DNA of 64,000 bases. Source: Eubacteriales bacterium (GTDB taxonomy: Bacteria; Bacillota; Clostridia; Oscillospirales; CAG-272). The notes beneath the pieces were generated by a model. The model had not been told where the DNA came from and made no database searches. It saw nothing but the letters and a program-made list of their open reading frames with translations. The DNA is taken from positions 149,978-213,977 of the forward strand of contig JAZSEA010000075.1 of NCBI GenBank assembly GCA_045531455.1. Reading direction: 5' to 3'. A program made the translations under genes and the position numbers. Positions 48,044 to 59,773 of this stretch are shown piece by piece (position 1 is the first letter of the stretch; the number at the start of each line of letters is the position of its first letter).

Positions 48044-49102
48044 ATGTCCGAGAAAGTATTAATGAAGGGCAACGAAGCCATCGCAGAAGCCGCTATAATG
48101 GCGGGATGCCGTCACTATTTCGGCTACCCAATCACCCCCCAGACTGAAATTGCCGCTTATATGGCCAAGAGAATGCCCAAGATAGGCGGAACCTTCCTCC
48201 AGGCTGAAAGTGAAGTTGCCGCTATCAATATGGTAATCGGTGTTGCAGCCGCAGGAAAAAGAGTAATGACCTCGAGCTCCAGCCCCGGAATCTCGCTCAA
48301 GGCAGAAGGAATATCCTATCTCGCCGGTTGCGATCTTCCCGCACTCGTTATCAACGTACAGCGCGGAGGACCCGGTCTCGGCGGAATTCAGCCTTCGCAG
48401 TCGGATTATTTCCAGGCTACAAAGGGCGGCGGTCACGGTGACTACAGAAATATCGTTCTCGCTCCCGCTTCTGTTCAGGAAATGGCTACACTCACGGTAA
48501 AAGGCTTTGATCTTGCCGATAAATACCGTATGGTAGCGATGATCCTTGCAGACGGTACAATGGGTCAGATGATGGAGCCGGTTTCTCTCGACGTTTCGGA
48601 AATTGCTCAGTATGAAAAGCCTTGGGCGGTTACCGGTACAAAACTCGAAAGAAATCACAACATCATCAACTCACTTTCTCTCGTATCCGAAGAGCTTGAA
48701 AGATTCAACATCGAAAGATATAACAAGTACAAGACCGTTGAAGAAAAAGAGGTTCTTGTAGAAGAGTACATGACCGAGGATGCAGACATCGTTCTCGTTG
48801 CTTACGGTATTGCTGCACGCGTATCAAAGAACGCTATTGCTGCTGCCCGCGCGGAAGGCATCAAGGTAGGTCTCGTTCGTCCCATTACTCTCTGGCCCTT
48901 CCCGAAGGCAACACTTGAGAAGCTTTCTCACACTGCAAAAGCATTTATCACGGTTGAGATGTCTATGGGTCAGATGATCGAGGACGTTGAGCTTGCAACG
49001 CGTTGCCGCAAGCCCGTACTCCTTTGCAACCGCTCGGGCGGTATGATCCCCACCCCCGAAGCAGTTCTTGCAAAAATCAAAGAAGCAGGAGGAATTGAAT
49101 AA
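48044..49102 (+). CDS. 2-oxoacid:ferredoxin oxidoreductase alpha subunit (VorB/KorA-type)
   Basis: LMKGNEAIAEAAI..GYPITPQTEI...QAESEVAA motifs. The ATG at 48044 has an AAGGAGGAA RBS. Confidence 0.88.
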   Translation: MSEKVLMKGNEAIAEAAIMAGCRHYFGYPITPQTEIAAYMAKRMPKIGGTFLQAESEVAAINMVIGVAAAGKRVMTSSSSPGISLKAEGISYLAGCDLPALVINVQRGGPGLGGIQPSQSDYFQATKGGGHGDYRNIVLAPASVQEMATLTVKGFDLADKYRMVAMILADGTMGQMMEPVSLDVSEIAQYEKPWAVTGTKLERNHNIINSLSLVSEELERFNIERYNKYKTVEEKEVLVEEYMTEDADIVLVAYGIAARVSKNAIAAARAEGIKVGLVRPITLWPFPKATLEKLSHTAKAFITVEMSMGQMIEDVELATRCRKPVLLCNRSGGMIPTPEAVLAKIKEAGGIE

Positions 49103-49845
49103 TGGTAGTATTTGATAAGCCGCACGCTCTGACAGATGCACCTCTGCATTACTGTCCCGGCTGTACCCACGGTATAATCCACAGGCTCGTTGCAGAAGCT
49201 ATTGACGAGTTCGGAATTGAAGGAAAAACGATCGGCATCGCTCCCGTAGGATGCTCGGTTATGGCATATAATTATTTTGCTTGCGATATGGTTCAGGCTG
49301 CTCACGGTAGAGCTCCCGCTGTTGCTACTGGTGTAAAGCGCGCAAATCCCGATAATATCGTATTTACATATCAAGGTGACGGCGACCTCGCGTCGATCGG
49401 TATGGCAGAAACAGTACACGCCGCTACAAGAGGCGAAAACATCACAATAATATTTGTTAACAATGCGATTTACGGAATGACAGGCGGTCAGATGGCTCCT
49501 ACTTCTCTTCCCGGCCAGGTCACACAGACCTCTCCCTACGGCAGAGATATTTCCACCGCAGGATATCCTATCCGTGTTTGCGAGATGCTCGCACAGCTTG
49601 ACGGTGCCGCATATCTTGAAAGAGTTGCTGTCAACAACGTAAAGAACGTCCGTAAGGCGAAAGCGGCTATCAAAAAAGCTTTCGAGAACCAGATAAACGG
49701 CGTTGGCTTCTCGCTAATCGAGGTTGTTTCCACCTGCCCCACGAACTGGGGACTTACTCCAGAGGCGGCACTTCAGTTCGTTGAAGAAAAGATGATTCCT
49801 TACTATCCGCTCGGCGTATACAAGGACAAGACAAAGGAGGCGTAA
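49102..49845 (+). CDS. 2-oxoacid:ferredoxin oxidoreductase beta subunit (TPP-binding)
   Basis: YCPGCTHG N-terminal cysteines and the GDGD TPP/Mg motif (YQGDGDLASIG). TAATG overlap with alpha. Confidence 0.88.
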   Translation: MVVFDKPHALTDAPLHYCPGCTHGIIHRLVAEAIDEFGIEGKTIGIAPVGCSVMAYNYFACDMVQAAHGRAPAVATGVKRANPDNIVFTYQGDGDLASIGMAETVHAATRGENITIIFVNNAIYGMTGGQMAPTSLPGQVTQTSPYGRDISTAGYPIRVCEMLAQLDGAAYLERVAVNNVKNVRKAKAAIKKAFENQINGVGFSLIEVVSTCPTNWGLTPEAALQFVEEKMIPYYPLGVYKDKTKEA

Positions 49846-49848
49846 ATC

Positions 49849-50385
49849 ATGAAAACAAATCAGATTTTGATTGCAGGTTTTGGCGGTCAGGGCGTCCTCT
49901 TCACAGGTAAAATGCTTGCTTATAAGGGTATGTATGAGGGTAAGGAGGTCAGTTGGCTTCCTTCCTACGGTCCTGAAATGAGAGGCGGTACCGCAAACTG
50001 CAGCGTTATCCTCAGCGATACTCCCGTCGGATCTCCCATCGTATCCAATCCCGACATACTCCTTGTAATGAATCTTCCTTCGCTCGACAAATACGAAAAC
50101 TCTGTTCCTGCAGGCGGAAAGATCTTCGTTGACTCTACCTTCATCGACAGAAAGGTAAACCGCAACGACGTAGACGTTTACTATATTCCCGCAACAAAGA
50201 TGGCTTCCGATGCGGGAGTTCCCACTCTCGCAAATATGATCCTTTTAGGAAAGGTCATTAAGGAAACCGGTGTTGTCAGTCTTGACGGAATGAGAGCTAT
50301 GTTTGAAAAAATCATCTCTGCAAAAAGACAGAATCTTATCGACGTAAATCTCCAGACTATCGAGCTCGGCTACAATTTTCAATAA
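49849..50385 (+). CDS. 2-oxoacid:ferredoxin oxidoreductase gamma subunit
   Basis: ILIAGFGGQGVLFTGK...YGPEMRGG typical of gamma subunits. Confidence 0.88.
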   Translation: MKTNQILIAGFGGQGVLFTGKMLAYKGMYEGKEVSWLPSYGPEMRGGTANCSVILSDTPVGSPIVSNPDILLVMNLPSLDKYENSVPAGGKIFVDSTFIDRKVNRNDVDVYYIPATKMASDAGVPTLANMILLGKVIKETGVVSLDGMRAMFEKIISAKRQNLIDVNLQTIELGYNFQ

Positions 50386-50406
50386 TACAGAAAGGAACTA
50401 TCAAAA

Positions 50407-51471
50407 ATGGATATCAGAATAGAAAAGATCGCAACACCCAAGCAGAAGCCCGATGAGTCCTCCTTGGGATTCGGTCAGTATTTTACAGATCATATGTTTA
50501 TCATGGATTACACACGCGCAAAGGGATGGCATGATGCAAGAATCGTTCCTTTCGGCAACCTTTCGCTACATCCCGCGTGTACAGTATTCCATTACGGTGC
50601 TGAAATTTTCGAGGGTATGAAGGCTTACAGAACCGCTGACGGCTCCATTCAGCTTTTCAGACCCGAGCAGAACTTTGCCCGTATGAATTCCTCCGCAGAA
50701 AGAATGAGACTGCCTCTTATCGACGAGGAATTTGCTCTTAAGGCACTTACGGAGCTTATCAAGATCGATGCTGATTGGGTTCCTCACGCTCCCGGAACCT
50801 CTCTCTACATCAGACCTTTCCTCTTTGGTGCAGACCCCAAGCTCGGAGTTCACTCGATCGACCGTTCCGTATTTATCATCATTCTCTCCCCTGTAGGATC
50901 TTACTACAAGGAGGGCATTAACCCCGTCAAGATCATGATCGAAACCGAGGATGTTCGCGCCGTAAGAGGCGGAACAGGTTACACCAAGTGCGGCGGTAAC
51001 TACGGTGCCTCCAACAGAGCAGGTGAAAAGGCCGAGCAGGCAGGATACTCGCAGGTCCTTTGGCTCGACGGTGTTGAGAGAAAGTATATCGAAGAAGTCG
51101 GCGCGATGAACGTAATGTTCAAGATCGGCGACGAGATCGTTACTCCTGCCCTTACCGGCTCGATCCTTCCCGGTATCACCAGAAACTCTATTCTCCAGAT
51201 TCTTCGTGATGAGGGGGCTAAGGTTTCCGAAAGACTTCTTTCCATCGACGAGCTTATCGAAGCACTTGACAACGGCACTCTCGAAGAAGGATGGGGATGC
51301 GGAACTGCCGCTGTAGTTTCCCCCATCGGTCAGCTTTTCTACAATGGCAAAACTTATACAATCAATAACGGCAAGATAGGTGCTACAACTCAGAAGCTTT
51401 ACGACACACTCACAGGAATTCAGTGGGGCAAGATTGAAGATACAAGAAATTGGGTATATCCTATCAAATAA
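50407..51471 (+). CDS. ilvE: Branched-chain-amino-acid aminotransferase (fold-type IV, long form)
   Basis: 354 aa. FGQYFTDHMF..., YGAEIFEGMKAYR (catalytic Lys region), VRAVRGGTG..K.GGNY, EEVGAMNVMF and LPGITR motifs. Confidence 0.9.
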   Translation: MDIRIEKIATPKQKPDESSLGFGQYFTDHMFIMDYTRAKGWHDARIVPFGNLSLHPACTVFHYGAEIFEGMKAYRTADGSIQLFRPEQNFARMNSSAERMRLPLIDEEFALKALTELIKIDADWVPHAPGTSLYIRPFLFGADPKLGVHSIDRSVFIIILSPVGSYYKEGINPVKIMIETEDVRAVRGGTGYTKCGGNYGASNRAGEKAEQAGYSQVLWLDGVERKYIEEVGAMNVMFKIGDEIVTPALTGSILPGITRNSILQILRDEGAKVSERLLSIDELIEALDNGTLEEGWGCGTAAVVSPIGQLFYNGKTYTINNGKIGATTQKLYDTLTGIQWGKIEDTRNWVYPIK

Positions 51472-51489
51472 ATTCCCCGGAGAATCCAA

Positions 51490-52895
51490 ATGAAAAAAAT
51501 ATTCGTCTCTGACTCAACCCTCAGAAATAATTCAGGAGTTTCCGAAACTCCTCTGTCATTCAAGCAACGAATGGAAATTGCCCGTATGCTTGACAGAATG
51601 AAGGTTGACGTAATCGAATTGGCTCCGATCGAGAACGAAAAGATCGACGTTCTTCTCGCAAGAACGATAATCTCATTTCTCAATCATGCCAAAATCGCCA
51701 TACCCGTAGGATTTGACGAAAACGCAATAGATACTGCAGCAAACGCTATAAGTGACGCATCCAAAGCACGTATTCAGATCAGAGTACCTACCTCCCCTGT
51801 ACAAATGGAGTATTTTTGCAGAAGAAAACCTCCGGTTGTACTCGAACTCATCGGAAATCTTGTTAAAAAAGCAGCGCTTACGGGTGCGGAAGTAGAATTC
51901 GTGGCAGAAGATGCTACACGTGCTGAAATGCCTTTCCTCGCAGATGCAATAAATGCTGCTATGATAAACGGCGCAACTGTAATAACTCTTTCCGACGTAG
52001 CTGCAAAAATGATCCCCGATGAATTCTCTTCTTTCGTAAACGAAGTATTCACCGCCGTTCCCGCACTCTCTAACGTCAGAACCGGCGTTGAATGTTCAAA
52101 CGAGTTGGCGCTTGCACTCGCAAACATTGCGGCTGTTCTTAACTCTGATATTTCCGAGGTTAAATGCGCCGCTTGCGCAGACCATATGCTTTCTGTAACG
52201 GATTTCACTAAATTCGTTTCTACACGCGGACTTGAGCTTAACATCGAATCTTCTATAAGAACCACAGAATGCAGAAGGATCATCTCTCAGATCGATTGGA
52301 TACTCAACTCCAAGAAAGAGATTGTTAAAACCGCAGATGACGTTTCCCCCGAAAGCGGTATCATTCTTCGTGCAGGTGATGACATCGGCACGGTTACTGC
52401 CGCTGTTGCAAAGCTTGGATACGAATTATCCGAAGAAGATGCTTCCCGCGTATACGAGGAATTCTGCCGAGTTGCAGAAAAGAAGACAGTAGAAGCTGCG
52501 GAGCTTGACGCCATTGTCGCAAGTGCCGCGCTCCAGGTAGCTCCCACCTATATCCTCAAGAGCTACGTAATCAACAGCGGAAACGTGATTAACGCAACCG
52601 CGCAGGTCACGCTTGAGAAGAATGGCGAGATCATAAACGGTGTCAGCGTAGGCGACGGTCCTATCGATGCCGCGTTCATCGCGATCGAGCAGATACTCGG
52701 ACACCACTATGAGCTTGATGATTTTCAGATCAAAGCAGTTACCGAAGGACGCCAGGCCCTCGGATCTGCTCTCGTTAAGCTTCGCGCAGGTAACAAGATC
52801 TATTCAGGAAACGGTATTTCAACCGATATTATCGGAGCCAGCATACGTGCATACATCAGTGCGCTCAACAAGATCGTATATGAGGAGAATCAGAT

Positions 52896-52899
<4 letters not shown>
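51490..52899 (+). CDS. 2-isopropylmalate-synthase-like protein with degenerate catalytic motifs and an intact LeuA regulatory (dimerisation) domain
   Basis: TIM-barrel region is alignable to LeuA, but RDGEQ reads RNNSG, DTVG reads DVAA and HxH(D) reads ECSNE. The C-terminal GDGPIDAAF...GRQALGS...GISTDIIGASIRAYISALNKI is conserved. Confidence 0.8.
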
Positions 52900-55424
<2,525 letters not shown>

Positions 55425-55426
55425 TT

Positions 55427-55456
55427 TTAAGGCTGTCACTTTTGTGACAGCCTTAA
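55427..55456 (+). terminator. Operon-end hairpin (13-bp stem, no clear U-tract)
   Basis: TTAAGGCTGTCAC-tttt-GTGACAGCCTTAA, 3 nt after the stop codon. Confidence 0.5.
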
Positions 55457-55459
55457 CTA

Positions 55460-55488
55460 TTGCATTTAGATAAAAAATATGCTATAAT
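55460..55488 (+). promoter_or_regulatory. Sigma-A-type promoter of the GNAT-sulfatase pair
   Basis: TTGCAT, a 17-nt spacer, then TGcTATAAT. Confidence 0.65.
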
Positions 55489-55512
55489 AATAAAAAAGCC
55501 ATAGAGGTAGAT

Positions 55513-56007
55513 ATGAACGTCAGGCTTGCTCAAATAGATGACCTTAACAAAATACTTGAAATATACGAAAGCGCACGAAGATTTATGCGCGAAGCCGGAA
55601 ACCCCAATCAGTGGGGAGTTGCCAATCCTCCCAGATCACGTACGTTAGAAGATATTGCAACACAAAAGCTTCACGTCGTTACCGAAAACGAAGATATTCT
55701 CGCTGTTTTCTTTTTTGACATTGCCGATGATCCGACTTACGCAAAGATCTATGACGGACAATGGATGAATGAAAAACCTTACGCGGTTATTCACAGAATC
55801 GCCGTTTCGGATGCCGCGAGAGGCAAGGGGGTTGCGGGATTCTGCTTCGGCTATGCTTACAGTAAATGCAAAAATATAAAAATTGATACGCATATAGATA
55901 ATATACCGATGCAAAAGGCTCTTGCAAAACACGGTTTCACTAAATGCGGAACGATATTTCTTGCAAACGGCGATGCGAGAATTGCTTTTCAAAAAACGGA
56001 GGAATAA
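55513..56007 (+). CDS. GNAT-family N-acetyltransferase
   Basis: 164 aa. The acetyl-CoA motif region reads RIAVSDAARGKGVAGF. Confidence 0.8.
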   Translation: MNVRLAQIDDLNKILEIYESARRFMREAGNPNQWGVANPPRSRTLEDIATQKLHVVTENEDILAVFFFDIADDPTYAKIYDGQWMNEKPYAVIHRIAVSDAARGKGVAGFCFGYAYSKCKNIKIDTHIDNIPMQKALAKHGFTKCGTIFLANGDARIAFQKTEE

Positions 56008-56009
56008 CA

Positions 56010-57503
56010 ATGAGTACCAAGAGACCGAACGTCCTGTTCATTCTGACTGATGATCAAAGATATGACACTATTCACGCTTTAGGCAACAATGAGATATCCA
56101 CACCTAATATTGATAGACTTGTTGAGCGCGGAGCTGCTTTTACAAACGCACATATCCCCGGTGGAACAGCTTCCGCAGTATGCATGCCGAGCCGCGCAAT
56201 GATCAATTCATCCCGTACGCTTTTCAATCTTGAACAAAACGGTAAAGAGATTCCTGAATGTGACGTGACAATGTGTCAGGCTTTCAGAGGTGCCGGGTAT
56301 TCCTGCCACGGCATAGGTAAATGGCATAACGGTACTGATAGCTACACAAGATCATTCACAAGCGGTGAAAATATCTTCTTTGGTGGAATGTGGGATCATT
56401 GGAACGTCCCTGTATGTGACTACAGAGCAGACGGAAATTACGATTGCGAGGTTCCGTTTGTCCCGAACTTCTCTGGAAATCAGATCCCCGTTCACGTTCT
56501 CGCCGACAAGATCCATCCCGGTGTCCACTCTACCGAGCTGTTTACAGCAAGTGCCGTTGATTTTATCAATAGCTATGAATCGGAAGAGCCCTTCTTCGTT
56601 TATCTTTCCTATCTTGCGCCGCACGACCCCCGTACGATGCCCGAGAAGTACCGTACAATGTACAAAGCCGAAGACATTACTCTTCCCCAAAACTTTATGG
56701 AAATGCCCGCATTCAGCTTTGGTTGGGCTGACAGAGGTCGTGACGAAGCAGTAGCCTCCTTCCCTCGCAATCCCGATGAGATAAAGCAACATATTGCAGA
56801 CTACTACGCAATGATCAGCCATATTGATGACAACGTCGGAAGGCTTATTGATGCGCTTGAATCAAAGGGCATCCTGGATGACACAATAATTGTCTTCTGC
56901 GGAGATAACGGTCTTGCAATCGGTCAGCACGGACTGATGGGCAAACAGAACGTATATGAGCACAGCGTACATATCCCGCTCCTTGTCAGCGGCCCCCGCA
57001 TTCCCGCGGGACTCAAGCTTGATCAATACGTTTATCTGCTTGACGTATATCCCACGCTCTGCGATCTCTGTAACGTCGAAATTCCTTCCACAGTCGAAGG
57101 AAAGAGTTTCTCCGAAATGTTTACTGACAATGAACTTGTGACGCGTGAGGACCTTTATTTCGCCTTCCAGGCAAGGATACGCGGTATATCTGACGGAAAA
57201 TACAAGCTCATCGAGTATCGAACCGACAGACTGAAAATGACCCAGCTTTTCGATCTTGAAAAAGATCCTTGGGAAACCCATAATTTCTATGACTTCAACG
57301 GCTATGATGAGATCGTGGCAAGACTCCGCAAGCGTATGCTTGAGTACCGAGAGGAATGGAACGAGGACTGTCATATTTACGGCAGACAATTCTGGGAACA
57401 GTACGAAAAGTATGAAGCCGCAGAGGTTCACGGTGTTGACAAGCCTAAAGGAACCTCTATGCTCAATCAGACCAAGGAATGGTCCAAATCTAAGAAGAAC
57501 TAA
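56010..57503 (+). CDS. Cys-type sulfatase (formylglycine-dependent arylsulfatase family)
   Basis: NVLFILTDDQRYD and the CMPSR (C-x-P-x-R) maturation motif. Start at MSTKRPN (56010), 3 nt after the GNAT stop. The track start at 55944 is an extension. Confidence 0.88.
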   Translation: MSTKRPNVLFILTDDQRYDTIHALGNNEISTPNIDRLVERGAAFTNAHIPGGTASAVCMPSRAMINSSRTLFNLEQNGKEIPECDVTMCQAFRGAGYSCHGIGKWHNGTDSYTRSFTSGENIFFGGMWDHWNVPVCDYRADGNYDCEVPFVPNFSGNQIPVHVLADKIHPGVHSTELFTASAVDFINSYESEEPFFVYLSYLAPHDPRTMPEKYRTMYKAEDITLPQNFMEMPAFSFGWADRGRDEAVASFPRNPDEIKQHIADYYAMISHIDDNVGRLIDALESKGILDDTIIVFCGDNGLAIGQHGLMGKQNVYEHSVHIPLLVSGPRIPAGLKLDQYVYLLDVYPTLCDLCNVEIPSTVEGKSFSEMFTDNELVTREDLYFAFQARIRGISDGKYKLIEYRTDRLKMTQLFDLEKDPWETHNFYDFNGYDEIVARLRKRMLEYREEWNEDCHIYGRQFWEQYEKYEAAEVHGVDKPKGTSMLNQTKEWSKSKKN

Positions 57504-57507
57504 AAAC

Positions 57508-57538
57508 AAAGATCCGCAGCCAAAAGCCGCGGATCTTT
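57508..57538. terminator. Hairpin between convergent sulfatase and DUF2500 genes
   Basis: AAAGATCCGC ... GCGGATCTTT 10-bp stem with AT-rich flanks. Confidence 0.6.
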
Positions 57539-57542
57539 ATTA

Positions 57543-57878
57543 TTAGTATTTTCTTTCAAATGACAAATATCTTGTTCCTTGAAAAGTTAGCTTTCCTATA
57601 TCGCCTTCGACAAGGAGTCCATATTCGTGACTCGGGACACGGAGTTCCATTCTGTCACCGCTTTCAAATTGAAAGGTTACGTAATAGGAACAGGAGCGAT
57701 GGGAATGCCCGTTGCTTGATCTGTGTCTGTGCACCTGGTCTCTCTTGGTAACGACGGCTGCGTCAACCGTCAGACGCGGTGAATTACTGTTGCTTATCCA
57801 TTCGCCGATCATACGGACGAATGTCACAACAAAGACGCTGATGACAAGAAAGAACAAAATGAAAAACATAAATTCCAT
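57543..57878 (-). CDS. DUF2500-like small membrane-anchored protein
   Basis: 111 aa with an N-terminal TM helix. YYVTFQFESGDRMELRV...YGLLVEGDIGKLTFQGTRYLSF matches the pattern of DUF2500 proteins. Confidence 0.65.
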   Translation of the reverse strand: MEFMFFILFFLVISVFVVTFVRMIGEWISNSNSPRLTVDAAVVTKRDQVHRHRSSNGHSHRSCSYYVTFQFESGDRMELRVPSHEYGLLVEGDIGKLTFQGTRYLSFERKY

Positions 57879-57883
57879 ATCGT

Positions 57884-59773
57884 TTAAGCTTTCTTTTCCT
57901 GAAGAGACTTTTCGTACTGAAGCATATAGAGCTTGTGATAACGGCCTCTCTGCTGAAGAAGCTCGTTATGCGTTCCCTGCTCCATTATCTTTCCGTGCGA
58001 GAGAAGAATGATATTGTCAGCGTGCTGAATAGTCGAAAGTCTGTGTGCAACAACAAGCATAGTACCGATCTTCATCATTCTTGTAAGCGAATCCTGAATC
58101 AGTATTTCGGTTTCGGTATCGATATTTGCAGTTGCCTCATCGAGGATCATTACCGACGGCTTATGAAGAATGGTTCTTGCGAAGGAAAGAAGCTGTCTCT
58201 GACCCGCGGAGAAATTGTTTCCGCGCTCGCGCACCTCTTCATCAAGTCCGTTTTCGAGTTTATTGATAAAGGTATCGGCGTTGACGTACTTGCAGGCATC
58301 GATAATATCCTGCTCTTCAACATCATCCATCTTGAGCACGATATTGCTTCTGATCGTACCCGAGAAAAGGAATACGTCCTGAAGCATCTGACCGAAATGT
58401 CTGCGTAAAGAGGATATCTTGATCTTATTGATATTAATACCGTCGATGAGGATCTCACCCTTTTGTATATCGTAATTTCTGCAAATCAGCGACAGAATCG
58501 TTGTTTTTCCGGAGCCTGTCGATCCGACGAACGCAACAGTCTGTCCCGCCTCGACCTTGAAGCTTACACCTTGAAGTACCCATTCGCCCGGATTATATGC
58601 AAACCAAACGTCACGGAACTCGATCTCACCCCGAACTGTGTCAAGTTCAATCGCATCGGGTTCATCAACAACAACGGGCTCCATATCGAGAATGGAAAAT
58701 ATCTTCTCAGCCGACGCAAATGCCGATTGAAGTGCATTGAACTGCTCGGCAAGGCTCTGGATCGGGTTGAAGAACTTCGAAATATACATATAAAACGTAA
58801 CTAGAGTCTTGACCGTTATGACCTGTCCGAGAAATTCAGTATTCTGAATATACCCCTTGCCGCCCAAATAGAAAAGGCAAAGAACAGACGAGATATAAAG
58901 CGCGTAAACCATCGGTCTGAAAATACCGAAGACAAACATCTGCTTTGATTTTGCCTTACCGAGGTTACGGCTTCTGCTTACGAAATCCTTCATCTTTCGC
59001 TCTTCTCTGTTAAAGATCTGAGTTATCTTCATTCCCGAAAGATTTTCGGACAGATAAGTGTTAATCTCGGTGGTTCCGTCTTTTACTTCTCTGTAAGCCT
59101 TTCTCGAGAATTTACGGAAAATAACCGTAAATAGAACGACAAAAGGAACAAAGCATAGAACCATCAGCGTCAGCTGAATATTAATGCAGAGCATTGCAAT
59201 AAATATTCCGATAACAACAAATGCGTTTTTGATGAGATTTACAAGAATATTTGTAAACATCATCGAGATAGCGTTGGTATCGTTGGTAACTCTTGTAACG
59301 AGCTTACCTACGGGAATATGGTGCAGCTGCTCGTGAGAAAGGCTTTCTATATGAGTAAATACCTTTTCACGGAGAGCGGAAAGGATACGCTGACCGATCT
59401 TTTGCAGTATGATCGCCTGAAAATAGGTACAAACGACAGAAACGATCAGAATGCCAACGTAAGCTGCAACGTAAAGGAAAAGTCTGTTCAGCTCAAAATC
59501 CTCGGCAACCATTTCGGTTATGGTACCGATTACAACCGGAGAAATGATATCGTATGCGATAGTCAATGCCATAATAACAAGAACTATGGCAAAAAGACCG
59601 ATATGGGGCTTTGCGTATATAATGAGTCTGCGGACGATCTCGCCGTCCTTCATATTTCGGTCAAAGCCGATCGCCTCATTCTTATTCTTCATCAAGGCAT
59701 ACGCGATGATGAAAGCGATCGAAACCAGAGAGATAAATCCCGCGACAGCGAGGATAGGAAAATATTCGTACAT
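57884..59773 (-). CDS. ABC exporter, fused permease/ATPase (type I exporter, heterodimer partner B)
   Basis: Six-TM domain plus an NBD (GSTGSGKTT, FSAGQRQLL, MILDEATA). Start at MYEYFP (59773) gives a TGATG overlap with the upstream gene. Confidence 0.88.
   Translation of the reverse strand: MYEYFPILAVAGFISLVSIAFIIAYALMKNKNEAIGFDRNMKDGEIVRRLIIYAKPHIGLFAIVLVIMALTIAYDIISPVVIGTITEMVAEDFELNRLFLYVAAYVGILIVSVVCTYFQAIILQKIGQRILSALREKVFTHIESLSHEQLHHIPVGKLVTRVTNDTNAISMMFTNILVNLIKNAFVVIGIFIAMLCINIQLTLMVLCFVPFVVLFTVIFRKFSRKAYREVKDGTTEINTYLSENLSGMKITQIFNREERKMKDFVSRSRNLGKAKSKQMFVFGIFRPMVYALYISSVLCLFYLGGKGYIQNTEFLGQVITVKTLVTFYMYISKFFNPIQSLAEQFNALQSAFASAEKIFSILDMEPVVVDEPDAIELDTVRGEIEFRDVWFAYNPGEWVLQGVSFKVEAGQTVAFVGSTGSGKTTILSLICRNYDIQKGEILIDGININKIKISSLRRHFGQMLQDVFLFSGTIRSNIVLKMDDVEEQDIIDACKYVNADTFINKLENGLDEEVRERGNNFSAGQRQLLSFARTILHKPSVMILDEATANIDTETEILIQDSLTRMMKIGTMLVVAHRLSTIQHADNIILLSHGKIMEQGTHNELLQQRGRYHKLYMLQYEKSLQEKKA

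Noticed and set aside
47824-50385. Assigning the four-subunit oxidoreductase specifically as VOR rather than KOR, POR or IOR from sequence alone.
   Set aside because: I cannot read subunit-level substrate specificity by eye. The VOR-type role is inferred only from context (ilvE and the Val/Ile T-boxes) and is stated as such.
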